Shown one piece after another: positions 1-13,329 of a stretch of DNA of 64,000 bases. The DNA comes from Eledone cirrhosa (Eukaryota). Below the pieces are notes generated by a model, which made no database searches, was not told where the DNA came from, and saw nothing but the letters and a program-made list of their open reading frames with translations. Position numbers and translations under genes: made by a program. The stretch's first letter is position 1, and each line of letters begins with the position of its first letter. The stretch is from contig OZ024750.1 in the NCBI GenBank assembly GCA_964016885.1, positions 23,374,001 through 23,438,000 on the forward strand. The letters are read 5' to 3'.

Positions 1-60
1 TGGAAAGAATGGAGAGAACGAGCAGCCTATGGAGCTCTTGGTGACTGGACTGATCTTTGA
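1..60 (+). CDS. possible 3' end of a terminal coding exon (WKEWRERAAYGALGDWTDL*), entering from upstream of the window
   Basis: Frame +1 is open from base 1 to TGA at 58-60. The peptide is non-repetitive and is followed by AT-rich UTR-like DNA. Family not recognised, and 19 codons can be open by chance. Confidence 0.3.
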   Translation, partial: WKEWRERAAYGALGDWTDL

Positions 61-193
61 TATGTGGGGTTCCTTGTTTACCAATGGTTAATAATGGAAT
101 CATTACTTTTATTATTAAGACATAATTGTTAGTGTGTTAGATGAAAGGCATTGAAGTATTTCGTGTAGATCCCTCTCTACATTCTAGTTTGAA

Positions 194-638
194 ATTAAAA
201 GGACACCACACATTTATTAAGTTGAAACAACGTCTAGCAACTGTGATTATCCAAGAAATTAGTAAATAATATTACACTCTAGCGGTTGTTTAAAATATAT
301 ATAAATAGGCAAGGGAGGTAACTCGAATAATAGGAGTAATGTTCGAAATTTTTGGACATCTGGAACCTTCAAAATCTGTAAACCATTCTCACTATTCAAA
401 GGATGAACGACATCACACAGGACGAAAATTGTTCCTTTTCTTTGGTGGCCGGTTAAAAATAAACTAGGAATTAAAAAGACAACACATATACATATATATT
501 AAGTTGAAACAACATCTAGCAACTGAGATTATCGAAGAAATTAGCAAATAACATCGCACTCTAGCGGTTGTTTAAAATATATAAATAGGCAAGGGAGGTA
601 ACTCGAATAATGTCAGTAATGATCGAATTTTTTGGACA
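194..638 (+). repeat. diverged direct duplication of ~165 bp (194-358 and 469-638)
   Basis: Both copies carry ATTAAGTTGAAACAAC..CTAGCAACTG..CTCTAGCGGTTGTTTAAAATATAT..AAGGGAGGTAACTCGAATAA..TTTTTGGACA. Confidence 0.9.
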
Positions 639-1076
639 ATACCGACAATGCAAAATGGAGTAGATGTGGTATGTAAAGCTCACTGGAAGAAGTAACATGC
701 ATGCTTTCGTCTTAGCTGATAGACTTCCTCGACGAAGTATATTCTACTCAGCAAGACTAAGAGTGATCAATACACACACATGTAGCTTCCATATCTTCAG
801 TTATAGATTTGCTTCATCAGGACTGAACTGAGACTAAACAACACAGTAATATATTATAAACAGACATAATATATTTTATATACTGAAACCTTTGAATGCA
901 GAAAATAATACATGGAGGGAATGTGTATTTGATTTATTAAGACATCTATATTCAGTTTTGAAAATCACAATAAGTTAAGACGAGGTTGTCTCCCTTGACA
1001 ACTATAATTTAATTTTCAATTCATATTTCTCCACTTTACTGGTAGGGTCTGGCATAGGTAATATAGCGGATAATAT

Positions 1077-1350
1077 GAAGGCATGTGGCTTAATGGTTGA
1101 GGGTATTCGACTTACGATCCGAAGGTAGTGAGTTCGAATCTCAGCGGTGCATTATGTCCTTGAGCAAGACACTTTATGTCATGTTGCTTCAGTTCACTCA
1201 CGTGACAAGTTCTATTTGGTCACACCTTGTATCACGCTGAATATCCTGAGAAGTGCGTTAAGGGCGTACACGTGTCTGTGGAATGCTCAGCCATTTGCAC
1301 GTTAATTTCACGTGCTGGCTCATCGTCAGAATCGATGGACGACCAACATT
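1077..1350 (+). mobile_element. tRNA-derived SINE, family B (CORE-like central domain)
   Basis: A-box-like TGGCTTAATGG, B-box GAGTTCGAATC, then TGTCCTTGAGCAAGACACTTTA resembling the CORE consensus. Related copies lie at about 11635-11890(+), 23439-23620(+), 36330-36570(-), 39960-40170(+), 50255-50345(+), 51470-51565(-), 53237-53355(+) and 54165-54284(-). Confidence 0.8.
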
Positions 1351-1604
1351 GAATAAAAATAAACTTCAGTTAACTAATATCTATATAATTAGTGGACGAA
1401 AATCTTCCTTTAAAGGTCCTTCAAATTAAAAATAAATAAAACCAAATAAGCAAGGGAGATAACTCAAATACAACTCGTCTACCCAAAACTTTAAAAAATG
1501 AAGATGATGTAGATTGTTAATGGATCTCGTCTTTAATGCTAGTGATGAGAGACAAGAGATAATACAGGCTGTGAGAAGACTCTTCAGTATGGACGAACAT
1601 GTGG

Positions 1605-1850
1605 CAAACTTTAGTGCTGCTGCCACAATAATATGCACCAAATACACCCTGTAAAGCGTTAGTGCTGATAAAACACACTCACCCCACTCTGTAAAGTCGT
1701 AGTCCTGGTGCCACGAAAAAATGCACCCAGTACGCTGCTCTGTAAAATGGTAGTGCTGGTATCACTAACAATAAAACGCATCGAGAACATTCTGTAAAGT
1801 GGTAGTGCTAGTGATACAAAAAAGCGCACTCAGTAAATACATCCTGTATT
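1605..1850 (+). repeat. degenerate ~45-55 bp tandem repeat (TAGTGCTGGTGCCAC..CTCTGTAAAG)
   Basis: CTGTAAA and TAGTGCT(G) recur about five times at regular spacing. Confidence 0.65.
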
Positions 1851-3242
1851 GGCGTTAAGAGTAACATCACTTGCAATTGAGTATGATTTGGTAGTAATGA
1901 GGCTGCTTGAGCTAATTGTTGTAAATACCCAGGCAATTATGCGCATACATAGGCACCTTCTAAAAAAATGGAACATTCAGGATGTTACAGCTGGGGAAAG
2001 AGAGGGCTGTGTCAGACACTGAGCTGGTAGTTTCGAAATCGACTCTCAAAGGATATAAAGGCAAAGTAGACTCCAGCAGTTATCTCCCTTGCTTGTTTTA
2101 TTTTGAGCAGAGTGCAGAGTTGGAACAAATGCATTTTATCCGCCACTCTAATGACTCTGCCAGAGAAATAAAAGGAATATAGTTACTTTGATTATGAATA
2201 AGGGAAAGGACATTCTGTAATGTAGCTGGAGTGGGTGGCGAGGGGTGGTACGCTCCGGGTGACACGTTTATTGCACAGTGACTTTAAGAAGCAGTCAATG
2301 TGCAATATGCATTTTTTTATGCGGGGTGGGAGAGGTGCGGGTGAGGCTTCCCCAGGCGGCATACATTTGAACTACGCTACTGGCCCTCACATGCCCGCCA
2401 AAGACCGGTGAAATGCCGTCATTGTTCTGCTTAAAATGTTGCCCGTCGACACCTGAGTAAGGTGGGAATTTCAGAGAGCTAACTTACTGGACATAGTATA
2501 GGCGATGAGGGTAGCGATGGGTGAGTCGGGGGTGGGGGTAGTTACAGCTGTTATTCGCAATCGAGTATGACTTGATAGTATGGTTTTAGGGCTTTGGGTG
2601 TCCATGCAGTCGTGTGCGGACAGACACCTCAACCTCTTTCTATGATCCAACAGAACATCCAGGATTTGATAGCAGGAAGGAGTGGGGAAAAGGGAAAAAA
2701 GGACTGCACCAGATGGGGGCTGGTACTTTCTTTATCGACCTCGAAAGGGGGAAAGACAAAAAGTAAACTTCAGTGAGATTTGAACACAGAAGGTAGTGAC
2801 CCGGAACAAATATCCAACACTCGAACGACTCTGCCAAATCGACTGCCTTCGAGCAGACGTCGCTAAGGAATAAACATAACACAACCAATATCCCAAGTTA
2901 ACAAATGTCTTCTGGAGAATGTCTATATTAATTGCTATCTTTATAGCAATGATTGTACATTATTTTAATTGTGTATCATCCAATTAGAAAATGGGACGAA
3001 AACATTTCTTACATGCCAGAAATTCAATAGTTAAATCAATGTAATTGTTTAGTTCTACACAATTTCTGCCAATTGTCCATATACATGCATAACGCACGCA
3101 ATATGTATATAATAAAACCTTTTATGGTTATATATTTTTTTTCCTATACAAACCCCAAATAGTGAAAGATAGTCATTCATTACTATCTTATTACCAGTAA
3201 GATAAATAGCTCAATGTAATAACATATATATATATACACACA

Positions 3243-3571
3243 CAGTGTACCACCGACATTCGCGGTCCCGGTTAATCGTGGAATTTTCCTCAGAAACCTA
3301 AGTAATAATTGTTCGTGGAAACCACCGCATATTCGCGGAATCACAAATATCTTCCGTAGTTTTTTATGGCTTTTTTCTTGGCAATATATATTTTTTCACA
3401 CATTTTAACGCAAAATTATTAATAGAATATACCGTATTCGCCGGCTTATATTTTACGTTATGTTTTGACATTTATAGGCATTTTTATGGACAACGTCCAA
3501 TATTCGCGGTTTTTAAACTCTTCACGGGTGCTCTAGGAACGTAACCCCCCGCGAACACCGGAGGACAACTG
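3243..3571. mobile_element. pogo/Tigger-like MITE (~330 bp), copy 1
   Basis: Imperfect TIRs CAGTGTACCACCGACATTCGCGG / CCGCGAACACCGGAGGACAACTG. It is the reverse complement of 7635-7979, and a terminal fragment lies at 53476-53531. Confidence 0.85.
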
Positions 3572-3577
3572 TGTGTG

Positions 3578-3662
<85 letters not shown>

Positions 3663-4474
3663 CCCTGGGTTAGTGATGCCAAGTTTATTGCGTGTCGGAA
3701 GTACCCAGAGTAATTAGCCACGTTTCGGAACAGTTTCGAATCATGCTCCCGTCTCGCCGAGGGAATCCTATCTCCTCTCTTCTTCATGGTCGATGTGTCA
3801 CCGTAATGGTGTCGGACACCACGAGCATCGAGACGGTCGGTCCCGTTTGAAAGGAACGCGAGGCGGTGACCGGAGCCCAAATCAAGCCGGTCAGACAAGT
3901 CGATGGACAAAGTTGATAACATCGAACAGAGCTGAAACGGTTAAGATACTTGGAGCTCTCCATGTGGATAGGAAATGGGACAAAGTCACATGTAGGTTAG
4001 TCAATTTCACCCAGAAATGGACTGAGAGAATTCTATATGTGAAACGTTGGACAGAGTTGGAGAACGCGTATATTGTTTCCATTATATATTAGTGCCCGAG
4101 TTCAAATCTCGCCGCGGTTAACTTTGCCTTTAATCCTTACGGGGTCGATAAAATAAAGTACCAGTTCCGCACTGGGGTCGATTTAATCGACTTTCCCCTC
4201 CCCCAAAATTGCTGGCATTGTGTCTATATTAGAAACCATTATATATTACTGCTTGACCGCAGAGCCTTGCCCTAGTTTCCATGTGATCAGATGGGAGCGT
4301 CATCTGTATCACTTCCTGTGGAAAAGGTGCGTTTCACTGGTTAGGCGAACCATCTGCTGCTAACATCCGCTACGAACAGCTTGTTCGTGAAATCGAACCC
4401 TCGGACATACGAGCATGAGCTGAATACCCTAACTTCTAAACCAATATATACAGAATCTAATTTGCGCGAGTAGA

Positions 4475-4512
<38 letters not shown>

Positions 4513-4808
4513 GTGCGTGCGTGTGTGGTGTGTGGTGTGTGTGTGTGTGTGCGCGTGTGTGTGCGTATATATATATACTTTGTAACGACTCTGCCAATTC
4601 CCCGCCTTCAGTACAGTATAGAATGGCAATAAACAAAAAGCTAAAATAAACAGTTTTTAGTTTCGCCATAAAATGAATGACGAAGCCCTTAACCGCTGGT
4701 GGAGTCGTAGAGGCGCCGTCGGTACATACGGTTTGGTTAGGGCATTTAAACCTGGTGGAGCTCATATCTCTCCAGAACTGAACAGTCAGTTTTTTTCCAG
4801 GGAGAGAG

Positions 4809-4848
<40 letters not shown>

Positions 4849-5460
4849 CGTGCGTAAGTACTGGATTGGCGGTATTTTATTTATCCACCCCAAGGGGATG
4901 AAAGGCAAAGTTGACCTCCGCAGGATTTGAACACAGCGCATAGAGAGCCGAAATGAATATCACAAACCACACTATCCGACGTTCTAACGACTCTGCTAAC
5001 TCGCTGCCTTAAACAACTATAACAACCGTATATTAAATTGTGTTCGAAACAGCTAAAGTAAATTATAAATTCATATCTGTATAAACAAGATAGGTTTTAA
5101 CAAAAACTACAAGAAATGTTTAAGTAAACACACATATTTATATATTTAAGCATGTCAGCATGTCTTTACATATTTCTCTGTAAAACAGTATGATGATAAA
5201 CAAAAAGCAAATACGAACAAAGAGCCTTTATGAAAGAAGTAACCAAATATATTTTACAAGCGAATGTTAACCAGATTCCTTCCAGAATTATCTTGAGAGT
5301 CAATCCTGACTGAAATAAGATTAAACAGATCAGCTACCAACCAACTTTTAACCTCTCCTAGAATCTTGGGTAAGTGGAAAATTGGTTTATGTCTCAATGA
5401 CGTCAACAGAGACTTGTTGATAAAACTGAATACGCCCTATGTATATAATATATATATATA

Positions 5461-5561
<101 letters not shown>

Positions 5562-5593
5562 CATACATGTATATATGTTTTACCATACACACA

Positions 5594-5635
<42 letters not shown>

Positions 5636-6424
5636 TAGGTTAGGGTTAGGGTATATACACTTCCCACGAGACATTTGAATCGAATTTCATATTTACTGGT
5701 TTTAGATGAAATTTATTTCGGTTCTGTAGAATTTATTTGACTATCAAAGGTCGTGACCCGTTATAGATCGTTAGATAGTTTTAAAAACACTCAATTGAAC
5801 CCAGAACCACATGCTACGTCCAACATAATCAGAAGACTGTATTTCCATGTGGGGATACACTCATTTTGAGTTGATAAATTTTGAAACAAACAAACAAACA
5901 AACAAAAGATGATGGCTAACGTATCCTTCGGCCTCGAATATTCTGGGTGAATCTTCCAGGCCTATTTTAGGTAATAAAAATAAAAACAAAAAAAAAAAAA
6001 AAACAGACCAGGATATACAGTTGTTTTATTTACTGGGAGAGAAAGGCCTTCAAGTAGGGAGAGAAGGTATCCCCAAGCTGGAGATCTGGCTCGAATGCTT
6101 GCAAAAGGAGAGAGAATTCTAGCCGGATAAAATAAACATGGCACACACTTACACTTAGAGTTCAAACCATTACCACCACATCACCATCAAGACCATGCCC
6201 ACCCCAACCACCAATTACACAGATTCCTAAACAACAAATGTCGCTGATATATCAAATACCATTTGTAAACAATTATTATCAACATATTTTTGCAATGTTG
6301 TCATTTGAAATTAGTTCTTTTAAATTTCTGAAAACGTGTACCCGTGTATAATGTTACCCTACATTTTGTTCGCGCTCTATTGACAGATTCTGCTACCCCA
6401 GCGTCCCGCTTCTATTTATTTATA

Positions 6425-6810
6425 TAATTGTTTCTATTTTGGGCACAAAGCCAGCATTTCCCCAGTGCACTACTGGTACGTAATTTATTTTATCGACCCC
6501 CGTAAAGATGAAAGGCAGAGTTAACCTCGGCGGGATTTGAACGCAAAGGGCCATAACTCTATGCTGCAAAGCATGGTGTCTGACGCTCTACCGATACTGC
6601 CAATCCACCGCCTTATATACATATAACTGTTTCTACTTTTGGCACAAAGCCAGCAATTACCCCAGTGCATTACTGGTACTTTATTTTATCGACTCCGTAA
6701 GGATGAATGGCAAACCTCGACGGGATTTGAACTCAGAACGTAAAGGGCCGTAACTCTATGCTGTAAAGCATGGCGTCCGACCCTCTACAGATACTGCCAA
6801 TCCGCCGCCA
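6425..6810 (-). mobile_element. two tandem copies of tRNA-derived SINE family A
   Basis: Reverse complement of GGCAGTATCGGTAGAG..GAGTTCAAATCCCGCCGAGG..GTCGATAAAATAAAGTACCAGT..TTGTGCCAAAAGTAGAAACAATTA. Other dispersed copies lie at about 2700-2850(-), 4097-4240(+), 4855-5010(-), 8990-9180(+), 10232-10580(+), 12230-12385(-), 16783-17005(-), 36885-37055(+), 38815-38970(+), 39372-39750(+), 50612-50735(+), 51140-51240(+), 51245-51455(-) and 57673-57745(+). Confidence 0.9.
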
Positions 6811-7634
6811 TATACATATATATTACGTGTTTGTCTGACAAAACATATCTATCTACTAGTGGTTCCATTTGTCTTGTTGCCTTTATTATATTATTTGCCA
6901 ATAATCCAAACAACAGCGCTTCTTCCATTCGTTAAATGTAAAAATGCCAGCAATTAATAACATCAGCTACAAAAACAACCTCGGTTATCTCGCATCTATT
7001 ATATTCTTCACAGCAAGACAGAAAGATAGGAAAACGAAAATGTTGAAAACGTTATCTATTTTAAAAGCTTCACTACAAAACTACGCAGACTCCACACTCT
7101 TTGTAGAAATGAATGCGCCACGAAAATAAGTCCACTGCTGTTAATATATGATGAAGAAATCAAGCTTTATAGAAAATATAGCAGTGTATTTATAAAGTAA
7201 TGTGAACAGGCATAAATTGATAATTTATATACGCATGAATAATGGCAGCATTTATTGTTAATCCTGAGGAAGACAGAAAAAAAAAAAATTCACGAATTTT
7301 GTTATACAAGAACACAACAGTTTTTCATTATAGTAACTTGGACATTTAGTTTTCTCTCATCGAAGATAAAATCAATCTCATTGATTGTTTTTTTTTTTTA
7401 TTTTATTTTTGTTTTGTTTTGTAATATACATCCATCTTTTTTACAAGTACAGCAATACTGTAATTGTAGCTAGCAACTAAGTACTATATAGAGTTCTATA
7501 GTTTAATATTGTCGGTTTTGCAGTTTAAGCAAGGAAGCCATCTTGGAGGAAGAGGATAAACAAATAAAGCAGTGAAATAAAGCAGTGTAATCATAGTTAC
7601 ACGTGCAGCAGTGTCGAATGTATATATGTATATA

Positions 7635-7976
7635 CAGTTGTCCCCCAGTATTCGCGGGAGTTAGGTTCCTAGAGCACCCGCGAAGAGTGAAAAACAAATA
7701 TTGGACGTGGTCCATAAAAATGTCTATAAACGTCAAAATATAACGTAAAATATTTTTTTAAAAAAAGAGGGGCGTCCAGTAGGTCGGCAAATACGGTAGA
7801 TTGTTATTAATAATTTAGCGTTAACAAATATATATATTGCCACGAAAAAGCCATTATAAAAATCGTGGAAGATATTTACGATTCCGCGAATATGCGATGG
7901 TTTCCACGAACAAGTATTAGTTAGGTTCTAAGGAAAATTCTATGAATAACCGAGACCGCGAATGGCGGGGGGTACA

Positions 7977-7979
<3 letters not shown>
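7635..7979. mobile_element. pogo/Tigger-like MITE, copy 2 (inverted relative to copy 1)
   Basis: TA|CAGTTGTCCCCCAGTATTCGCGG ... CCGCGAATGGCGGGGGGTACACTG|TA, with a TA target duplication. Confidence 0.88.
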
Positions 7980-8022
<43 letters not shown>

Positions 8023-9212
8023 TTGCTTATTCACTCAGGAGGACACGCACAGGCATCGATTGATCTGCACAGATTCTATAGATTGTTGATCATTTATATC
8101 GATCTAAGCGACACTTTTAAAGAACAAATCCAAATTACATCTATTCATGATTAGAAATAATGATTTTTGTTAAAATGATAAATTTGTGAGTAAAACAATC
8201 AATTTAATCGATCTCTTTATTTAACTGGTTCTATCGATCCTGGAAGGCTAAAAAGATAAAGCTTATCTGTATCGGCGGAACGAAACTCAGATCGTAAATA
8301 CATATCGTCTGACACTCAACTGATATTGCCACTCTTCTTCACATTTTTTATTGTAAAATTCTGAATTACTCGGTTATTATCACCATCACACTGCATTTCT
8401 TTTCTTGTTGAAAAGGGACAATAGCCCCGAAATATAAAATAGATGGTATATGTTTGAAAACTGTTTTGTTTTGTTTGTTTTACTTTACTGAAGTTTCAAG
8501 TCTTGTAAGTTTTAACTTACACTGTATTGGCTTTCCCTCCAAACAATCCTAACTTAAGTACAAACCTCTACTGACATTTACAACAATGGAATTTATTCTA
8601 ACTTGGAAAATTTACTTTCATTATGGCAAATAATGGTTTCATCGATTAAAATTAAAATACAATTTAATCACTGCTTACAAGAATTGCTAAATAAATGTGT
8701 ATTTAATTTTAGATTAATGTTTCCAAAAATGGGTTCAACGAAACTGTGTTCTGTAAGATAAGATCTTTTAATAAAATTTAATAAAAGTCTATTTTATTTT
8801 TTTTATATAAATAAATACTATCTCTAGAGCAATTTTTGGTTCTTTAAACGTCTCATTAAAATTAGAATGGTGAGAAATGTTCATAAAATATAGATAGATT
8901 TTTTTATATATAGATATAAGTTCCGTCAGATACGGTGTCATTTAATAAAGAAATTACTGTTTTATTATTAATATGTTCATACAAAGAAGGGCGGGGGATT
9001 GGCGGAATCGTTAAAGCGCAGCCAGTCAAAATGTTTTGTAATATATGGTTACGACCCGACGTTCTGAGTTAAAATCCCGCCTCAATTAATTTTGTCTTTC
9101 ATGTTTCCGAGGTTGATAAAATAAAGTACCAGACAAATGCTGAGGTCGATTTAATGAACCCATTTCTCTCTCTGAAATAATTTTTGTTTCATTTAATATC
9201 TTGTCAAAATTA

Positions 9213-9592
9213 GTATGGAAGGGATTGTACCTCAAATATACAGGTATGGGGTATGGTGGGGATTGAACGTCTAATATACAGGTATGGGGTATGGTAGGGA
9301 TTGTACGTCTAATATACAGGTATGGGGTATGGTAGGGATTGTACGTCTAATATACAGGTATGGGGTATGGTAGGGATTGTACGTCTAATATACAGGTATG
9401 GGGTATGGTAGGGATTGAAGGTCTAATATACAGGTATGGGGTATGGTAGGGATTGTACCTCAAATATACAGGTATGGGGTATGGTAGGGATTGAAGGTCT
9501 AATATACAGGTATGGGGTATGGTAGGGATTGTACGTCTAATATACAGGTATGGGGTATGGTAGGGATTGTACCTCAAATATACAGGTATGGG
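9213..9592 (+). repeat. 38-bp minisatellite (GTATGGTAGGGATTGTACGTCTAATATACAGGTATGGG), about 10 units
   Basis: Direct tandem units are visible in the sequence. Confidence 0.95.
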
Positions 9593-9677
9593 TTCCACGA
9601 GAAAGTCAGTTTGGGAACCACTGGTTTAAGTGTTCTAAATATAGAAAGAACATCAACTGTCAGCGATCTGTCAATCA

Positions 9678-10078
9678 TTCTAAATGTTTATATAAGTGTT
9701 GTGTCAGTGTTCTAACATGTTTATATAAGTGTTGTGTCAGTGTTCTAACATGTTTATATAAGTGTTGTGTCAGTGTTCTAACATGTTTATATAAGTGTTG
9801 TGGCAGTGTTCTAACATGTCTATATAAGTGTTGTGTCAGTGTTCTAACATGTCTATATAAGTGTTGTGTCAGTGTTCTAACATGTCTATATAAGTGTTGT
9901 GTCAGTGTTCTAACATGTTTATATAAGTGTTGTGGCAGTGTTCTAACATGTCTATATAAGTGTTGTGTCAGTGTTCTAACATGTCTATATAAGTGTTGTG
10001 GCAGTGTTCTAACATGTCTATATAAGTGTTGTGTCAGTGTTCTAACATGTCTATATAAATGTTGTGTCGGAGTTCTAG
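9678..10078 (+). repeat. 30-bp minisatellite (ACATGTYTATATAAGTGTTGTGTCAGTGTTCTA-type), about 12 units
   Basis: Tandem units of roughly 30-33 bp. They explain the repetitive LTCLYKCCVSV ORF. Confidence 0.9.
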
Positions 10079-10675
10079 CTTTATTGTGCATCTTACACTA
10101 TTGTGTACAAACTGCATCATCTGCCGGCTTTCAGGAAATACCAACAGTGAACTGCTTTTCAAATTCTTAGGCTTATATAAATAAATGATCGATTAGGTTT
10201 TGATGGATTTATGGCGCTACATAAGAGCATTATTGGCAGTGTCAGTAAAGCGTCGAATACCATGCTTCACGGCACAGAGTTTACATTTTGAGTTCAAATC
10301 ACACTGAGATTAGCTTTGTCTTTCGTCCTTACGGAGTTGATAAAATAAAGTACCAGTAATGCACTGGAGTGGATTTAATCGATTTACCCCTCCCCCTTAA
10401 CTGTTAACCTTGTGCCCAAATCAAAAACCATTAATTATTATAATTATTGTCCTCTCATACTTCTGGAGTCGATAAAATAAAGTACTAATCAAGTACTGGA
10501 GTCAATTTAAGTGACCCCATCCTCACCCCCCACCAAAGAATGACTGGTCTAGTGCCTAAATTAGAAACTATTATTATTATTATGACACAACAATAGTTTT
10601 CTCTTCCTTTATGTAACAAAATCGTACTTCAGTTTAACAGAACTGTCTGTTTCCTTGGTCACTATTCACCTGGAC

Positions 10676-11055
10676 CAGCGGTCGCTAACCGGTGGTCTGA
10701 GAGAAAAATGTGGACATTATTTGCAATTTTTATGTTTTATTAATAATTTGCAATTTTTATGTTTTATTAATAATAAAACAATTTTTATTAATAAAACAGT
10801 TTTATTAATAATAAAACAATTTTTATGTTTTATTAATAATAAAACAAAAATAATATTCGGTTAAAATATATTTTATAACCCCCCCCCCCCTCTAAACAAT
10901 GTTTCTCCTCAGTGAAGAACTAACATCCATGAAAGAATTTTACACAAATGTATCATCTATCGACAATATGACAGACGTACGCTTCAGTATTGTTTCAACT
11001 ATTGACCATTAATTCATATTAGTGGTCCGTGAGGTTGGAAGGTTGGTGATCGCTG
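10676..11055. mobile_element. hAT (Charlie-like) MITE
   Basis: TIRs CAGCGGTCGCTAACC / GGTTGGTGATCGCTG. The 8-bp flanks ACCTGGAC / ACCTAGAT match at 6 of 8 positions. Confidence 0.7.
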
Positions 11056-11094
11056 ACCTAGATGACAATACATTAGGGAAATCGCTTTTCTACC

Positions 11095-11415
11095 CAACAT
11101 CAACCAGACATCATCAACAACACAACCACTCACAACCAACACAGCATCAACCACTCACATCAACAACACGACATTAACAACTGAACCACTCACAACAACA
11201 ACACAAACAACCCCTCACAACATCAACACAACCAACCCCTCACAACATCAACTCAACCAACACATCAACCACTCACATCATCAACACAATCCACATAACA
11301 TCAAGAACACAACCAACACATCAACAACACAACACAACCACTCACAACATCAACCACAGAACCAACACACCAACCACTCACAACAACACAACCAACACAA
11401 CATCAACCCAACAAA
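11095..11415 (+). repeat. AAC/CAC-rich low-complexity repeat
   Basis: Recurrent CAACAACACAACCACTCA and CATCAAC motifs. Confidence 0.85.
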
Positions 11416-12535
11416 CATTTCTGCTAAATCCCATTAAAATGTCTCCCAACTACCAGCCAAGATGGCACATTAGTTCTTACTTCCGTATTTTTTATATATA
11501 ATGTAACTGACTAAAATTGTTTTCTTCAAAGCAGAAATAAAATATACTTCCATTTAAAGTCTACAATTTTCGAGATAAATCATTTTAGCTACCGATACAT
11601 ATTTTTATTCCTTTTATTTAACACAGCGTTAAGCTGCATCATGGCCCAATGGTTAGGATACTTGACGTACGATCGTAATGTTCTCCGTTCGATTCCTGGA
11701 CAGGGTGCTGCGTTGTGTTCTTGAACAAAACACTTTATTTCACGTTGCTCCAGTATACTTAGCTGAGATTGAGTACCAGCAGTAGCTGGGGAGTTAATCT
11801 TGTTTAGGGAAAGAAAGTCTTGTACTCTCAGTCGCTTAACGCCAAGGAAACCGGAGATAATCGCAGGCCTGATTAGCCTTTGGCTTAGAACAGACTTTAA
11901 CATTTAACACAGAAATAGAATAAGAGGAATGTTATACAGTTAACAAAAATTGACAATTACGAAACACCACTCACTATACAAAACCCATTCATTTCCGGCA
12001 TCAATTCACTTTAATTTTTGACGTACCAATAACGAAAGAATACCAAGTATACTAGGAAAGGAATAGTCCCTCAATTTCTAATGTAGTCACATGACTGCTA
12101 CTCTCACAAATGGTGTCTTGGACATTTTTAACCTGGCGGAGCCCATTTCTCTCCAGGTTTGAACAAAGCCGATTTTTTCTTCTAGAGTTTGAAAGGGAGC
12201 AAGAGAACGTGAAATATATAGAGAGAATAAACCTCCAGTACTTGAATGATGATACTTTAATTGACCTCGAAAGGATGAAATATAAAGTTGACCTCGGCGA
12301 GATTTGAACTTAGAGTGCAGTGAGCTGGAAGAGATACTGAGGTATTCAATCCGACGCCCAAACTATTCTGGCAAATCATTGCCTTTAAAATATGTAATAT
12401 ACATACACATCGCTTTGAAATATGTGTGTATATCAATTAAAGTCAGGTGCAATATATCATATCTTTTCTATCTAAAGACATTTTTTTCCAATTCCACCTC
12501 GCCCGTCCCTTCAATCTATCTTATTTCTCATTCTT

Positions 12536-12571
12536 TCTTCTGATGAAGGACTAGCGTCCGAAACGTTAAGA
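12536..12571 (+). ncRNA. minimal type I hammerhead ribozyme motif (Penelope pLTR type)
   Basis: TCTT-CTGATGA-A-GGAC-TAGC-GTCC-GAA-ACGT-T-AAGA: intact core, 4-bp stem II, palindromic ACGT stem III and 4-bp stem I. The downstream ~90 bp ends in (TA)n. Confidence 0.75.
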
Positions 12572-12755
12572 CCTTCTTCCTGCTATTTCAAGCGTTAACC
12601 TAATATATTCCTTCCATATACTGTACCGATTGTGCTGTTATTTGTTTACCTTATACATATATATATATATATATAATTACCACAAACTCACAGCATTCTT
12701 GACTGTTTACCATGTTCAGACAAATACGTTTCTTCTATCAAATGTTCTTTATTTA

Positions 12756-12935
12756 CCTTATATACCGGCATACAAGCCGATCCGGAGCATAGGTCGACCC
12801 TTAAAATTCAGAAGTGTAGTTCAGGTGAAGCAGCATGCATACTTATAAATTTTATATTCGGCGGACAAGTCAGCGCTTGGTTTTGGAGAGATATTTTAAG
12901 GCTCCAAATGTCGACTTGTACGCCGGCATATACAG
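12756..12935. mobile_element. Tc2/pogo-like MITE (~180 bp)
   Basis: TA|CCTTATATACCGGCATACAAGCCGA ... TCGACTTGTACGCCGGCATATACAG|TA. Confidence 0.75.
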
Positions 12936-13329
12936 TAATTCATTATTCCGTTCATCACACAACACAACAGTTAATTTGTACTTTTGGCGGGTGAGGATGG
13001 CGTTCTTATGTTTTAACTAGATGGCAATCACTGATCAATAACTTCATTTTATATTCATTTAAATCAATCACAATAATTTTCTTTAAATTTTATCAAACGA
13101 TTAAATTTTCAACATTTACATATTCCAAAATCCCTGCAGGTACATGATGCCCATGCCTGTTGCGATATTTCCTTTTCTTTTACCAATAAATCATTCGGAA
13201 TTTAGATATACAGATCAATCAAATATTGTTCACTTTCATCTTTCATTTTATTGTGTGCAGGAGTTGAAGTCTACTTTAAACGAAAGAACCCCCCCCCCCT
13301 TTTTTTTTTGCTATGCCCGGTCCTGAAGG

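Noticed and set aside
9550-10170. 206-aa Cys-rich repeat ORF
   Set aside because: It lies on two minisatellites, and the reverse strand is also open, with no other gene evidence.
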